A stretch of DNA of 56,744 nt from Candidatus Omnitrophota bacterium (GTDB lineage Bacteria > Omnitrophota > Gorgyraeia > Tantalellales > Tantalellaceae): assembly GCA_043813915.1 (NCBI GenBank), contig JBDRKO010000009.1, positions 1 to 56,744 of the forward strand. Reading direction: 5' to 3'. The translations under genes and the position numbers were made by a program. The notes below the pieces were generated by a model that did no database searches, was not told the origin of the DNA, and saw nothing but the letters and a program-made list of their open reading frames with translations. Shown here piece after piece: positions 32,310 through 42,026 of the stretch. Positions within the stretch are counted from its first letter, which is position 1, and each line of letters begins with the position of its first letter.

Positions 32310-33032
32310 TTACATAGAAAACCTCTCCCCCAGATATATCTCTCTTGCTTTAGGATCGTTTATAAGAGTTTCTTTCCCTCCGGAGATCAGGACCTGCCCT
32401 TCGAACATGATATAGGCCCTATCCGTTATAGTAAGCGTCTCTCTTACGTTATGGTCCGTCAGCAGTATACCTAAACCGAGTTCTTTGAGCTCCCGTATCA
32501 CTTCTTGGCAATCGTATACGGCTATAGGATCTATCCCGCTGAACGGTTCGTCCAGAAGTATGAACATCGGGTTTGTTACCAATGTCCTGGTTATCTCCAG
32601 CCTTCGTCTTTCTCCTCCGGATAGAGTATACGCTTTATTCTTTCTTAAATGTGATATCTTCAGCTGGTTAAGGAGATTATCAAGCTGCCGGTCCCTTTCC
32701 TTTCTCGGGAACCCAAGAGTTTCCATTATCGCCATGATGTTTTCCTCAACGGTAAGTTCCCGGAATATTGACGGTTCTTGGGAAAGATATCCTATCCCCG
32801 CACGGGCCCTTTGATGGATCGGAAGGGTCGTGATGTCCTTTTTATCGAAAATAACATGTCCGGAATCCGGCCGTATGATACCCGTAACCATGTAGAACGT
32901 GGTGGTCTTTCCGGCACCGTTGGGTCCAAGAAGCCCGACAACTTCCCCTCTCCTGACGTTGATGCTGACCCCTTTGACCACATCCCTTCCTCCGTATCTT
33001 TTAACAAGGTCCCGAGTCTCAAGTAAATGCAT
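32310..33032 (-). CDS. lptB: LPS export ABC transporter ATP-binding protein
   Basis: GLLGPNGAGKTT, LSGGERRRLEI, LLDEPFSGIDP, LTDHNVRETL, YLGERF. Confidence 0.97.
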   Translation of the reverse strand: MHLLETRDLVKRYGGRDVVKGVSINVRRGEVVGLLGPNGAGKTTTFYMVTGIIRPDSGHVIFDKKDITTLPIHQRARAGIGYLSQEPSIFRELTVEENIMAIMETLGFPRKERDRQLDNLLNQLKISHLRKNKAYTLSGGERRRLEITRTLVTNPMFILLDEPFSGIDPIAVYDCQEVIRELKELGLGILLTDHNVRETLTITDRAYIMFEGQVLISGGKETLINDPKAREIYLGERFSM

Positions 33033-33065
33033 CTCAGCTCTTCTCCTTTTTGTCTCAAAGCGGAA

Positions 33066-33935
33066 TTATGACCCTTTAGAATTTTCCAGTTGTTCTATTT
33101 CCTGAGGATCTATTATGATCCTGGGACGGCCCAAAAGTTTGGCGCTTTTTGTGCTCTCCGTATATATGGCTGTATCGCTTATGGTGTAACTTAGCCCTTT
33201 CTTTGTCTTCACATTACCCTCGGCGATAACCCTTTTGAACTTTTCCGTTTCCGGGTCGAATTCAACGGTAAGAGTATCCGAAAAAAGTTTTCCGTCCTTA
33301 TCTTCTACTTTAACATTGTTCTTGAACACGGCGACATGCCCGTTATAATCTATTTCCAGCGGACCGTCACAAGTGACCTTTGTATCCGGCTTCATCCTAA
33401 CGATCACATCTTTTTCCAGAACGGCATACATTCTGTCAGAGTTCGCCATCCCGCCCTTTCCCAAGGCGATAAGTCCGTCACGGCTTATATGAACCGCTGC
33501 ATCAGTAGATATCTCTTTTGTGTTCTGCGACCACTTAGCCTTTTCTGTGGTGAGAGTGAGACCGTCATCCGAATCCACTTTGACGTTCCCCATCAGTTCT
33601 ACTTCACCCCTTTCTCTGTTGAATATGCCCTTATCAGAGGTTAATATGACCACGGTACTGTCCCCATAGGCTACAGCTCCGAGATCGTTGAGATGTATGT
33701 CATCCCCGACTATTTCAGCGGATTTACCTTCTAAATGCCATTGTCTGGCGCCTTTCGGACTGCGCCCGTCGATAGAAAAAGTAAGCACCCGCTGTTCCAG
33801 ATCAGAAGACTCGTCCGTCTTTTCGGGAACACCTGCTCCCGGCGTCATTCCTTCTTTCTCTTTCACAACACTCCGTATGAACATGATCACAAGTACGAAC
33901 AGAAGCACACATATTACCGAGATCTTTTTCCACAT
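33066..33935 (-). CDS. LptC/LptA-like double beta-jellyroll protein
   Basis: N-terminal TM, two OstA-like segments (ELMGNVKV; AEGNVK...LLGRPRI), directly upstream of lptB. Confidence 0.75.
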   Translation of the reverse strand: MWKKISVICVLLFVLVIMFIRSVVKEKEGMTPGAGVPEKTDESSDLEQRVLTFSIDGRSPKGARQWHLEGKSAEIVGDDIHLNDLGAVAYGDSTVVILTSDKGIFNRERGEVELMGNVKVDSDDGLTLTTEKAKWSQNTKEISTDAAVHISRDGLIALGKGGMANSDRMYAVLEKDVIVRMKPDTKVTCDGPLEIDYNGHVAVFKNNVKVEDKDGKLFSDTLTVEFDPETEKFKRVIAEGNVKTKKGLSYTISDTAIYTESTKSAKLLGRPRIIIDPQEIEQLENSKGS

Positions 33936-33939
33936 ATTT

Positions 33940-34845
33940 TTATTCCCCGACGCTTTGCGGACAGGTCTTCCACCGGCGATGCATCCAGACCCACTGATCC
34001 GGGTATTTTTTTACATATTTTTCAAGTATTGCCGTCCATTCCTGGGTGTATCGTTCTATATCGCTATTTTTATCATCTCTCGGCACTAAAGATATGGCCT
34101 TTTCTATGATGAGTTTGTACGTATCGTCCTTTTTCCTCAACATGAACGCCGGGACAAGGTTCGCCCCCGTGACCATACCTATTTTGACGGGCGCTACCGG
34201 TGTACTGGCAGGTTTACCGAAAAAATCCACAAATATGCTCTCTACGCTGTCGACATCCTGATCCGCCAATATCCCGAGCATTCCGCCGCTTTTAAGTATC
34301 CTAAGAAGTTTCTTTGGTGACTCGTCGCGGTATACCACTTTGGCTCCGAATCTTTTTCTTAAACGGTTTATCAGTTTGTCGTATTTAGGGAAATATATCC
34401 GTTTAGCTATGATCGCTCCGGTATATCCGTGAGAATACAGATACGCCGATAAAAGCTCCCAGTTCCCGAAATGCGAGGCGAGCAGTATTACTCCCTTGCC
34501 TTCACTTATCGCTCTGTCAAGATTATCAATGCCCTCTATCTCCGTTACCAGCCGCCCGATATCCTCTTTGCTGTAAGACAGGAACTTTATCCAATCCGCG
34601 CCGTTCTTGGCGACATTTCTGAAAACATCTTCCGCTATTCTGAGGCATTCTTTGTCATCGCACCCGAACCCATCTTTCAGATTTGAGACCGCTATCTCCC
34701 GATGCTTTTTCAGCAGTTTAAAAGCGCCCCTTCCGAGATGATCGGACAAAAAGACGCTTATCCTTCTGGGAATGAACCCTATTATACAGAACAATATCTT
34801 CGCGGCATAATACAGATAATATCGTCTTGTTCTTATTTTAGCCAT
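33940..34845 (-). CDS. Lipid A late acyltransferase (LpxL/HtrB family)
   Basis: HFGNWEL, GILADQD, DQWVWMHRRWK. Start at MAKIRT; the ORF-track extension lies in repeat DNA. Confidence 0.9.
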   Translation of the reverse strand: MAKIRTRRYYLYYAAKILFCIIGFIPRRISVFLSDHLGRGAFKLLKKHREIAVSNLKDGFGCDDKECLRIAEDVFRNVAKNGADWIKFLSYSKEDIGRLVTEIEGIDNLDRAISEGKGVILLASHFGNWELLSAYLYSHGYTGAIIAKRIYFPKYDKLINRLRKRFGAKVVYRDESPKKLLRILKSGGMLGILADQDVDSVESIFVDFFGKPASTPVAPVKIGMVTGANLVPAFMLRKKDDTYKLIIEKAISLVPRDDKNSDIERYTQEWTAILEKYVKKYPDQWVWMHRRWKTCPQSVGE

Positions 34846-34852
34846 GATTTTA

Positions 34853-35033
34853 TCGTATAGCGTATATTGTATAGCGTATAGCGTTTCTAAGAGCACAGCG
34901 CATAGAGCATAGCTTTGAACAGTAACTTCTTCAAAGTAACCAGTTGCCTGTTACCTGTAACCAGTAACTTGCGTTTTCTGGTAACTGGTAACCGGTTTCC
35001 GGTAACTTTACTCAATGGACCTTTAAACTTTTT
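34853..35033 (+). repeat. Heptamer tract G ((G/C)ATAG(C/A)G) plus module F copy 1
   Basis: TATAGCG/CATAGAG repeats, then AAAGTAACCAGTTGCCTGTTACCTGTAACCAG...CTGGTAACTGGTAACCGGTTTCCGGTAACTTT (imperfect inverted repeat). Confidence 0.9.
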
Positions 35034-35067
35034 TAACCGTTCTCACTTAATACTTACCACTTAATAC

Positions 35068-35457
35068 TTATTTACTGTATTCCGCCTCGACCGTAGTGGT
35101 AATACCGCCTCGCGTATTGAACATGCCCGTGATCTTCATTCGCTTCGGCCGGCAGCTTTTGGTCAGGTCATCAAGCATGCGGTTGACGGCATGCTCGTGG
35201 AATATGCCTATATCTCTGTAAGCTACTATGTATTCTTTGAATGATTTCAGTTCCAGACACCATTTATCCGGGGCATAGGCTATCTCAATCTCGGCAAAAT
35301 CAGGTAGTCCCGTTTTAGGACATATACAAGTGAATTCCGAGGTATCTATCCTGACAATATAATCTTTGCCCGTATATTCATTTTCCCATACCTCTATCTT
35401 GGGAAGTTTTATCTTTTTTATATCCTTTTGCAATCCATCATATCCGCTTTTTGTCAT
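35068..35457 (-). CDS. queF: NADPH-dependent preQ0 reductase (type I)
   Basis: EFTCICPKTGLPDFA, ELKSFKEY, FHEH, RGGI. Confidence 0.95.
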   Translation of the reverse strand: MTKSGYDGLQKDIKKIKLPKIEVWENEYTGKDYIVRIDTSEFTCICPKTGLPDFAEIEIAYAPDKWCLELKSFKEYIVAYRDIGIFHEHAVNRMLDDLTKSCRPKRMKITGMFNTRGGITTTVEAEYSK

Positions 35458-35493
35458 ATTCGCTCTCCGTGTATGGTAATTCTCGACCCGCAT

Positions 35494-35561
35494 GGGCACG
35501 GCATGCCGTGCCCCTACGTCTAGTTATCCACAATTGTAGCTGGGGTTTAAACCCCAGCTAC
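35494..35561. repeat. Module E REP plus a second GTAG palindrome
   Basis: GGGCACGGCATGCCGTGCCCCTAC and GTAGCTGGGGTTTAAACCCCAGCTAC. Confidence 0.85.
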
Positions 35562-35575
35562 CTCTGTCTTCTCTA

Positions 35576-35782
35576 CTCAGTCCGCTTTAGCGGACTGCAT
35601 GCCACAATCTTCCGAGCTCGTCCACGCCTTCTCCCCGTAGATGCAGAGTTACGTAAATAACTTTGTCACCCGAAGGGGCGGGTGTTCACGGCGAGTTCCG
35701 CAGTCCGAAGGACGAGGACTGTCTGAGTCCGGAACACTTGCCACTTCGGGTGATAGTTCAATAGATCACAAGACACCCTGAC
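35576..35782 (+). repeat. Module A copy 2
   Basis: Colinear with copy 1; short inner arm. Confidence 0.95.
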
Positions 35783-35807
35783 CCCTGTTTCCTGACTTCT
35801 CGCTCCT

Positions 35808-36494
35808 TCACCTAATCCCCAACTGTTTATGCATCTGCCCTATGATACCTATGTTCTTGCCTGTTCTCTTTTTAAGATACGCTTTAAAATACAAGAGCAT
35901 TTCCTCGTCCGCTTCGGCGACGGATCCCTCTATCGGCGTAACGGGCTGCAGAACTATTGTCCCGGGCGCGTTATATTCCAATATGTCCCCCATTTTTTTA
36001 ATGTCATCCATCGTAGTGGTTTCCGAGATGACCGCTTTCATCACCAGTTCTTTACCCGAAGCTATCTTGATGAAGCGCTTGTGTTTTTCCCAGAATTCAT
36101 CCTTATTCTTCCCCGATGATGGAAGTTTAAGGTCCATAGCCACTACATCTATCAGCTCTCTTATTTTCCGAAGATCATCGGGAAGGGTCCCGTTAGTCTC
36201 GAGATACACCCTGCTGCGCCTGTGCTTCCTGAACATGGTCAGAAACTCCGCCAAAAAATCCGCGTAGATAAGAGGTTCTCCGCCCGTCAGGGTAAGCTCA
36301 TTATAATCTTCATCAAAATCCAATATTTTGTTCAACAAAGCTTCCTTGGTGAAAGTCTTATAGCTTGTAATATCGGTATCACAGTAAGCGCAATCAAGAT
36401 TGCAGCCGTAAAACCTGACGAAAAGCTGACGGCTTCCCGTAAAAGGCCCTTCTCCTTGATAAGACAAAAATATTTCCGATATCTTCGCTTCCAT
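35808..36494 (-). CDS. queE: 7-carboxy-7-deazaguanine synthase (radical SAM)
   Basis: ISEIFLSYQGEG, FVRFYGCNLDCAYCD, TGGEP, LETNGT, QMHK. Confidence 0.93.
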   Translation of the reverse strand: MEAKISEIFLSYQGEGPFTGSRQLFVRFYGCNLDCAYCDTDITSYKTFTKEALLNKILDFDEDYNELTLTGGEPLIYADFLAEFLTMFRKHRRSRVYLETNGTLPDDLRKIRELIDVVAMDLKLPSSGKNKDEFWEKHKRFIKIASGKELVMKAVISETTTMDDIKKMGDILEYNAPGTIVLQPVTPIEGSVAEADEEMLLYFKAYLKKRTGKNIGIIGQMHKQLGIR

Positions 36495-36507
36495 AATAGA
36501 GTTCATC

Positions 36508-36706
36508 TCGCATAGCGCATAGAGCACAGTGTTGAACAGTAACTTCTTTAAAGTAACCAGTTGCCTGTTACCTGTAACCAGTGACTTGCGTTTTCTGGTA
36601 ACTGGTAACTGGTTTCCGGCAACTTTACTCAACGAACCTTTAAACTTTTAATCGCATAGCGCATGGCGCATAGCAGTTTTAAAAGTTAAAAAGTTCATAT
36701 AATTCG
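36508..36706 (+). repeat. Tract G, module F copy 2, then the G/TTAAAAAG/CATATAATTCG block also found at the IS110 junction
   Basis: F at 36532-36650; 36651-36706 matches 56522-56592. Confidence 0.88.
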
Positions 36707-36728
36707 TGAGTCGTAATTCGCACCGCTC

Positions 36729-36783
36729 TTGAACCGGGTTAAGCCTATGAGGACGTAGTCCGAATAGTGACAACCCGGTTCAC
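36729..36783 (+). repeat. Long hairpin with tandem GA and GTA triloop
   Basis: TGAACCGGGTT-AAGC-CTAT-GA-GGAC-GTA-GTCC-GA-ATAG-TGAC-AACCCGGTTCA. Confidence 0.65.
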
Positions 36784-36955
36784 TCTCTACCCTCTCTCCT
36801 CTCGCTTCTATCTTCCCTGTACCCTGAACCCTGTACCCCGTTGTTCCTTCGTTCCACGTCCCACGTCCTTCTTCCATCGTCTCTCTGTCCTCTGACTTCT
36901 GTCTTCTCTTATACCTATGCTCTGTGCGCTGTGCTCTATGCCATTATCACCGCAC

Positions 36956-37630
36956 TTACAACTTAATACTTAACACTTGCTCTTTGATCCCTGCTTTCTC
37001 GAACGCGTTCATCCTGAAAAGACATGATTCGCATTTACCGCAGGGCGCCGCTCCGTCACGATAGCAGGACCATGTATGCTCGAACGGAACACCAAGCTTC
37101 GACCCTATCCTTACTATCTCTTCTTTTCTTTTATCGATTATGGGGGTCACTATCTTTATCCCCTTTCCGAGAATACCTTCCCTTGTTCCCTTATCTATGG
37201 CTCCCTGTAATGCCTTAAAGAACACATCTCTGCAATCCGGATAATTCGAAAAATCCATCTGATGAGCTCCGATAAAAACAGCCTCGGCCCCTGTTGCCTC
37301 CGCAAAAGATACTCCGAAACTCAGGAATATCATATTCCTGGCCGGAACATATGTATTCGGTATATCGTCTTGACCGCCCGAAGAAGCATCCGGAACGGAT
37401 ACGGCGCTGTCCAGAAGCGAACTTCCTTTCCACGGCATGGTTATATTCGATATCTCATACGGCACACCGGCGGTCTCGGCTAGTTTTTTCGCGTATCCTA
37501 TTTCGGTCTTTGCTTTCTGCCCATAATCGAAAATAAGAGCCCGGCACATATATTCTTTTTTCGCGAGATATAATGTTACCGCTGAATCCATACCTCCGGA
37601 TAAAAGCACTATAGCGTTTTTCATGTTCAT
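36956..37630 (-). CDS. queC: 7-cyano-7-deazaguanine synthase
   Basis: LLSGGMDS, TYVPARN, YPDCR, TWSCY...CGKCESC. Confidence 0.96.
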   Translation of the reverse strand: MNMKNAIVLLSGGMDSAVTLYLAKKEYMCRALIFDYGQKAKTEIGYAKKLAETAGVPYEISNITMPWKGSSLLDSAVSVPDASSGGQDDIPNTYVPARNMIFLSFGVSFAEATGAEAVFIGAHQMDFSNYPDCRDVFFKALQGAIDKGTREGILGKGIKIVTPIIDKRKEEIVRIGSKLGVPFEHTWSCYRDGAAPCGKCESCLFRMNAFEKAGIKEQVLSIKL

Positions 37631-37692
37631 AGAGTTTGTGCTCGCATAGAGCATAGCAGTTAAGTCGTATATCGTATAGCGAATGTCGTATA

Positions 37693-37774
37693 GCGTGATC
37701 AAAAATAAAAATATATTCTGGGGACATTTTGAGGGGCAGGTTTACACTTCCCCGGGAAAAGTGTCCACAGAACT
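37693..37774 (-). repeat. Module B half copy
   Basis: GCGTGATCAAAAATAAAAATATATTCTGGGGACAT...GTGTCCACAGAACT. Confidence 0.88.
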
Positions 37775-37826
37775 AATGCATTAAACAGCCTAAACAGACC
37801 ATTGGCCATCGTCTATTGTCCTTTAT

Positions 37827-37941
37827 AAGAGTCATAGAGTCATCTTTCGCTACGCTCACTAGAGTCAGCATTATTTACACATCAGTCTAACCTGACTCTT
37901 TGACCCTAGCGAACAACGTGAGCGATGACTCTTTGACTCTT
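37827..37941. repeat. Module K: ~115-bp element with AGAGTCA-type terminal inverted repeats
   Basis: AAGAGTCATAGAGTCATC...GATGACTCTTTGACTCTT, with an inner AGAGTCAG/CTGACTCT pair. Confidence 0.7.
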
Positions 37942-38059
37942 TTTCTAGCATCTAGCTTCTCCCATCGCACATAACACTTAACACGGCGCCTCTCTCTTCT
38001 ATCTCCCCGGGGCCACCTTTAAACACAAAAATGCGCTGAGGACGAAATGTCCGAAGTGC

Positions 38060-38082
38060 GTCGAAACCTCCGTGTTTCGACG
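38060..38082. repeat. Module I palindrome
   Basis: GTCGAAACCTCCGTGTTTCGAC; inverted copy at 39924-39945. Confidence 0.75.
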
Positions 38083-38199
38083 GTAGAAATAGCTAAATTC
38101 GCGAACGGTACAAAATATACTCGTCCCACATCCCACGTCTCACGTCCTTCGTCCCTCTCTCTTCTCGCATCTCGCTTCTAGCCTCTAGCTTCTTCCCTC

Positions 38200-38423
38200 C
38201 TCAGTCCGCTTTAGCGGACTGCATGCCACAATCTTCCGAGCTCTTCCCCGCCATCCCCCATAGATTCAGCGTTACTTTGTCACCCGAAGGGGCGGGTGTT
38301 CACGGCGAGTTCCGCACAACCGCCTCTTTGCTTCGCAAAGCGAAGCAGCGGGGGGAGGACTGTCTGAGTCCGGAACACTTGCCCCTTCGGGTGATAGTTC
38401 AATAGGTCACAAGACGCTATGAC
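38200..38423 (+). repeat. Module A copy 3 (long inner arm, AGTTA hairpin deleted)
   Basis: Inner arm is CAACCGCCTCTTTGCTTCGCAAAGCGAAGCAGCGGGGG. Confidence 0.95.
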
Positions 38424-38463
38424 CTCTGTCTTCTCTTGTGCCCTATGCCCTTATTATTCTTCT

Positions 38464-38826
38464 CTATAAACTGTACGTAGCTGAAGCTTTTTCCGTTTCC
38501 CATACCGTCACATATCTTACTTCCGCTCCGGAACAGGCGGATCGTAAACGTCCATGTATATATTTTGCTATATTCTCCGAAGTGGGGTTCAGTTCCTTGA
38601 ACGGTTCAAGAACGTTAAGGTGTTTATGATCGAGCTCTGAAAGTATACCCGAAAGTATCCCTTTAAGGTCCTTGAAGTCCATCACCATGCCCGTTCGGTC
38701 AAGCTCTTCCGATGATACCGCGGCTTCAACTTCCCAATTGTGCCCGTGCAGCTCTTCGCATTTCCCCTTATATCCTCTGAGATTATGGGCGCTGCTGAAA
38801 TGTTCTCTTATTTTTATCGTATACAT
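38464..38826 (-). CDS. queD: 6-carboxytetrahydropterin synthase
   Basis: FSSAHNL..YKGKCEELHGHNW, LDHKHLN, NPTSENIA, VWET. Confidence 0.96.
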   Translation of the reverse strand: MYTIKIREHFSSAHNLRGYKGKCEELHGHNWEVEAAVSSEELDRTGMVMDFKDLKGILSGILSELDHKHLNVLEPFKELNPTSENIAKYIHGRLRSACSGAEVRYVTVWETEKASATYSL

Positions 38827-38875
38827 ATTTATCGTTTTGACCGTATCGCGCTTTTCAGATTGTTTCTTTATAGAT

Positions 38876-39415
38876 CTATTCGAAATACCGCTTCGTAACC
38901 CCGTTCCATAAACCCTGCGCTTTAATAATGAAATCGCATACTTCCCTCACCGCTCCGCGCCCTCCGCTCTTTTTTGTCATGTAATGAGCATACGTTTTCA
39001 CCTCATCCATGGCATTAGGAACGGTCACCGCCAGACCGACGCGTTTAAGAACGGGTATATCTATAACGTCATCTCCCATAAAACAGATCTCATCGCTTTT
39101 CAGCTTGAACTTATTCATTATTTTCGTCAGCGCATGTATCTTATAATGAAAGTTCTCATAGACCTTGTCTATTCTTAGTTCTTTGGCCCTCTTCCTGACC
39201 GTTCGGGAGGCTTTGGCGGTAAGAATAATACATTTCAGCCCGGCTCTTTTTGCCAACATTATCCCCAGTCCGTCATTTACATCAAAATTCTTTATCTCGT
39301 CTCCATAAGTTCCGTAAATGATCCTTCCGTCGGTGAGAATACCGTCAACGTCCATAACAAGAGCCTTTATCTTCTTCGCTCTTTCAATGACATCTTTGGG
39401 ATAACTTGTTTCCAT
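38876..39415 (-). CDS. kdsC: Kdo 8-phosphate phosphatase (HAD)
   Basis: MDVDGILTDG, DGLGI, MGDDVID, GGRGAVRE. Confidence 0.93.
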   Translation of the reverse strand: METSYPKDVIERAKKIKALVMDVDGILTDGRIIYGTYGDEIKNFDVNDGLGIMLAKRAGLKCIILTAKASRTVRKRAKELRIDKVYENFHYKIHALTKIMNKFKLKSDEICFMGDDVIDIPVLKRVGLAVTVPNAMDEVKTYAHYMTKKSGGRGAVREVCDFIIKAQGLWNGVTKRYFE

Positions 39416-39430
39416 ATATCAGCTCCTTAA

Positions 39431-39662
39431 TTTTCATGGAATGAAAATTAACCCTGAAGACGCAACGAATAGGCGCGTCTGAAGGGTCTTTTCGTGGAAT
39501 GAAAATTAACCCTGAAGACGCAACGAATAGGCGCGTCTGAAGGGTCTTTTCGTGAAATGAAAATTAACCCTGAAGACGCAACGAATAGGCGCGTCTGAAG
39601 GGTCTTTTCGTGAAACGAAAATTAACCCTGAAGGCGCAACGAATAGGCGCGTCTGAAGGGTC
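39431..39662 (+). repeat. Module C tandem array, 4 x 58 bp
   Basis: Units start at 39431, 39489, 39547 and 39605; near-identical; no spacers. Confidence 0.95.
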
Positions 39663-39665
39663 TTT

Positions 39666-39875
39666 TCGTATATCGTATAGAGTATAGCGCTTCTAATAGC
39701 ACAGCGCATAGAGCACAGCATTGAACAGTACTTCTTTAAAGTAACCAGTTGCCTGTTACCTGTAACCAGCGACTTGCGTTTTCTGGTAACTGGTGACCGG
39801 TTTCTGGTAACTTTCATATTCAGACGACCGCAAGGGCTTATACCCCCGCGGGAAGAGTGTCCTCAGAACTTCCAC
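39666..39875 (+). repeat. Tract G, module F copy 3, and a module B fragment
   Basis: F at 39721-39815; AGGGCTTATACCCCCGCGGGAAGAGTGTCCTCAGAACTTCCAC at ~39833-39875. Confidence 0.85.
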
Positions 39876-40000
39876 ATTCGTCTTCCTTCCCTTCACACCT
39901 CACACATAACACTGATCTCGTCGGTCGAAACACGGAGGTTTCGACACACCTCGAACATTACGTTCTCGGCGCCTCTGTCTTCTGACTTCTGTCTTCTCTC

Positions 40001-40206
40001 CTCAGTCCGCTTTAGCGGACTGCATGCCACAATCTTCCGAGCTCTTCCCCGCCTTCACCCGTAGGTGCAGAGTTACGTAAATAACTTTGTCACCCGAAGA
40101 GGCGGGTGTTCACGGCGAGTTCCGCAGTCCGAAGGACGAGGACTGTCTGAGTCCGGAACACTTGCCGCTTCGGGTGACAGTTCAATAGATTACAAGACAC
40201 TATGAC
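40001..40206 (+). repeat. Module A copy 4
   Basis: Colinear with copy 1; flanked on both sides by CTGTCTT/CTGACTT heptamers. Confidence 0.95.
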
Positions 40207-40236
40207 TTCTGCCTTCTGACCTCTGTCTTCTGTCTC

Positions 40237-41196
40237 TCAGACCAACCCTGCTTTAAGAATATCCTGCACATCAAGCACCCCTACGGGCCTGCCTTCGTCG
40301 TCCACTACCGGGATCTCATCAATATGCCTGGTCGATAATACCTTGAAGGCTTCGGCCGCAAGCCTCTCCCCTTTTATAGTAACAGGTGACTTTGTCATAA
40401 CATCCCCTACTTTGCGATGCAGAAGGTCTTTACCCTCCTCAAAGTGACGCCTTAGGTCCCCGTCCGTAAAAATACCTACGAGTTTGCCGTCAGCCCCTAT
40501 AACACTTGCCGATCCCGTACGCAGCCGCGTGATCTCCAGCAGAACATCTTTGACCGATGTTTCCTGATCTACTATGGCCGTCCCTGCTTTGGGGCGCATT
40601 ATATCCTCCACCCTCAGCAATAATCTTTTACCGAGAGACCCTCCGGGATGATATAAAGCAAAATCTTTTGGTTTTATGTTCTTTCTTTCCAAGAGACAAA
40701 CGGCAATAGCGTCCCCGATGGCAAGCATTGCCGTGGTAGATGTCGTCGGCGCGAGCCCCATCGGACAGGCTTCTTTTTCGACGGAACTGTCTATAGAAAA
40801 ATCGCTGTTAACGGCCAGGGTCGATTTGAGATTACCTGTGACCGATATAAGTTTTGCCCCGATCTTCTTTATGATCGGGAGAAGCCGTATCACCTCTTCC
40901 GTCTCTCCGCTGTTAGAGAACGCTATTATGATGTCCTCATTGGTCACTCTGCCGAGATCTCCATGAAGAGCTTCGGCGGGATGCAGATACAAGGACGGGG
41001 TCCCCGTTGACGACATGGTTGCGGAAACTTTCTGGGCGATAAACCCGGGTTTTCCCATCCCGGTCACGATAACCCTTCCTTTGTTCTCCGCCAAAGCTTC
41101 TATTATCAGAACGAACTTGTCGTCTATTCTGCCTACAAGCTCGGCTATAGCCTTACTTTCATTCTCCAGAACTTTTTTAGCTAAGGATATGCTCAT
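40237..41196 (-). CDS. kdsD: Arabinose 5-phosphate isomerase (SIS plus CBS)
   Basis: GMGKPGFIA, HPAEALHGDLG, SNSGET, EACPMGLAPTTS, HPGGSLG. Confidence 0.95.
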   Translation of the reverse strand: MSISLAKKVLENESKAIAELVGRIDDKFVLIIEALAENKGRVIVTGMGKPGFIAQKVSATMSSTGTPSLYLHPAEALHGDLGRVTNEDIIIAFSNSGETEEVIRLLPIIKKIGAKLISVTGNLKSTLAVNSDFSIDSSVEKEACPMGLAPTTSTTAMLAIGDAIAVCLLERKNIKPKDFALYHPGGSLGKRLLLRVEDIMRPKAGTAIVDQETSVKDVLLEITRLRTGSASVIGADGKLVGIFTDGDLRRHFEEGKDLLHRKVGDVMTKSPVTIKGERLAAEAFKVLSTRHIDEIPVVDDEGRPVGVLDVQDILKAGLV

Positions 41197-42026
41197 GACA
41201 GTTTTACCGCCTTTTCTATGGATACCATTTCCTCGAGATACCGTTCCAGATCGTCAAGTTTCAGCATATTGGGCCCGTCACTCATGGCTTTTGACGGTGT
41301 TTTATGGACTTCGACGAATAACGCGTCACAACCCACGGCGACGGCGGCCCTTGAAAGAGGCCGAACATATTCAGCCTCGCCGCCGCTTGCGGAACCTTGA
41401 CCCCCGGGCATCTGTACGGAATGGGTCGCGTCATACACTACGGGGCATCCGGTATCTTTCATTATGGGTATCGCCCTAAAATCGTTGATCAGCATATTGT
41501 ATCCGAAAGTCGTGCCGCGTTCCGTTAAAATGATGTTCCTGTTCCCGCTTTGTTCTATTTTTCTCACCACATTGGACATTTCCTTAGGAGACATGAACTG
41601 TCCTTTTTTCACATTGACCGCTTTCCCGGTTTTGGCCGCTTTCACCAGAAGATCGGTCTGTCTGCATAAAAATGCCGGTATTTGAAGCGCGTCCAGTACT
41701 TCCGCCGCGATATCCACTTCCTCCACACTATGCACATCGCTGAGAACGGGAATACCTAACTTCTCCTTAACGGAAGCGAGCATCTTAAGCCCCTTCTCTA
41801 TCCCGGGACCGCGGAAAGAACCGAGGGAGCTTCTATTGGCTTTATCGTAACTGGCTTTGAAAATAAAGGGTACACCCGCTTTGCCGGCTATTTCCTTTAT
41901 CCTTAAGGCGTGTTCCATCAGGCTTTCCTCGGACTCTATAACACATGGGCCAGCTATGAGAACAAGGGGATTATCCCCTCCTATGGTCACATTGCCGACT
42001 TTCACTTCTCTGCTCTTTTTTTTCAT
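41193..42026 (-). CDS. kdsA: Kdo 8-phosphate synthase
   Basis: IAGPCVIES, KASYDKANRSS, QIPAFLCRQTD, DATHSVQ. Confidence 0.97.
   Translation of the reverse strand: MKKKSREVKVGNVTIGGDNPLVLIAGPCVIESEESLMEHALRIKEIAGKAGVPFIFKASYDKANRSSLGSFRGPGIEKGLKMLASVKEKLGIPVLSDVHSVEEVDIAAEVLDALQIPAFLCRQTDLLVKAAKTGKAVNVKKGQFMSPKEMSNVVRKIEQSGNRNIILTERGTTFGYNMLINDFRAIPIMKDTGCPVVYDATHSVQMPGGQGSASGGEAEYVRPLSRAAVAVGCDALFVEVHKTPSKAMSDGPNMLKLDDLERYLEEMVSIEKAVKLS

Noticed and set aside
34915-35033. Integron attC array
   Set aside because: No clear RYYYAAC/GTTRRRY boundaries, no integrase, and the flanking genes are core housekeeping genes.
36495-36632. Long N-terminal extensions of queE (and of queC, queF, 34896, 46262, 48351, 52133)
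   Set aside because: The extensions lie in repeat DNA upstream of where family homology begins; downstream ATGs fit better.
36729-36783. Bridge-RNA binding loop
   Set aside because: The apparent guide segments pair with each other (CTAT/ATAG), leaving only small loops, and I found no matching target.
38030-38060. Hammerhead ribozyme (CTGAGGA...GAA)
   Set aside because: There is no CUGANGA-stem-GAAA core with stems I and III; it is a simple hairpin with tandem GA.
39431-39662. CRISPR array
   Set aside because: The four 58-bp units are near-identical over their whole length, with no unique spacers and no cas genes.
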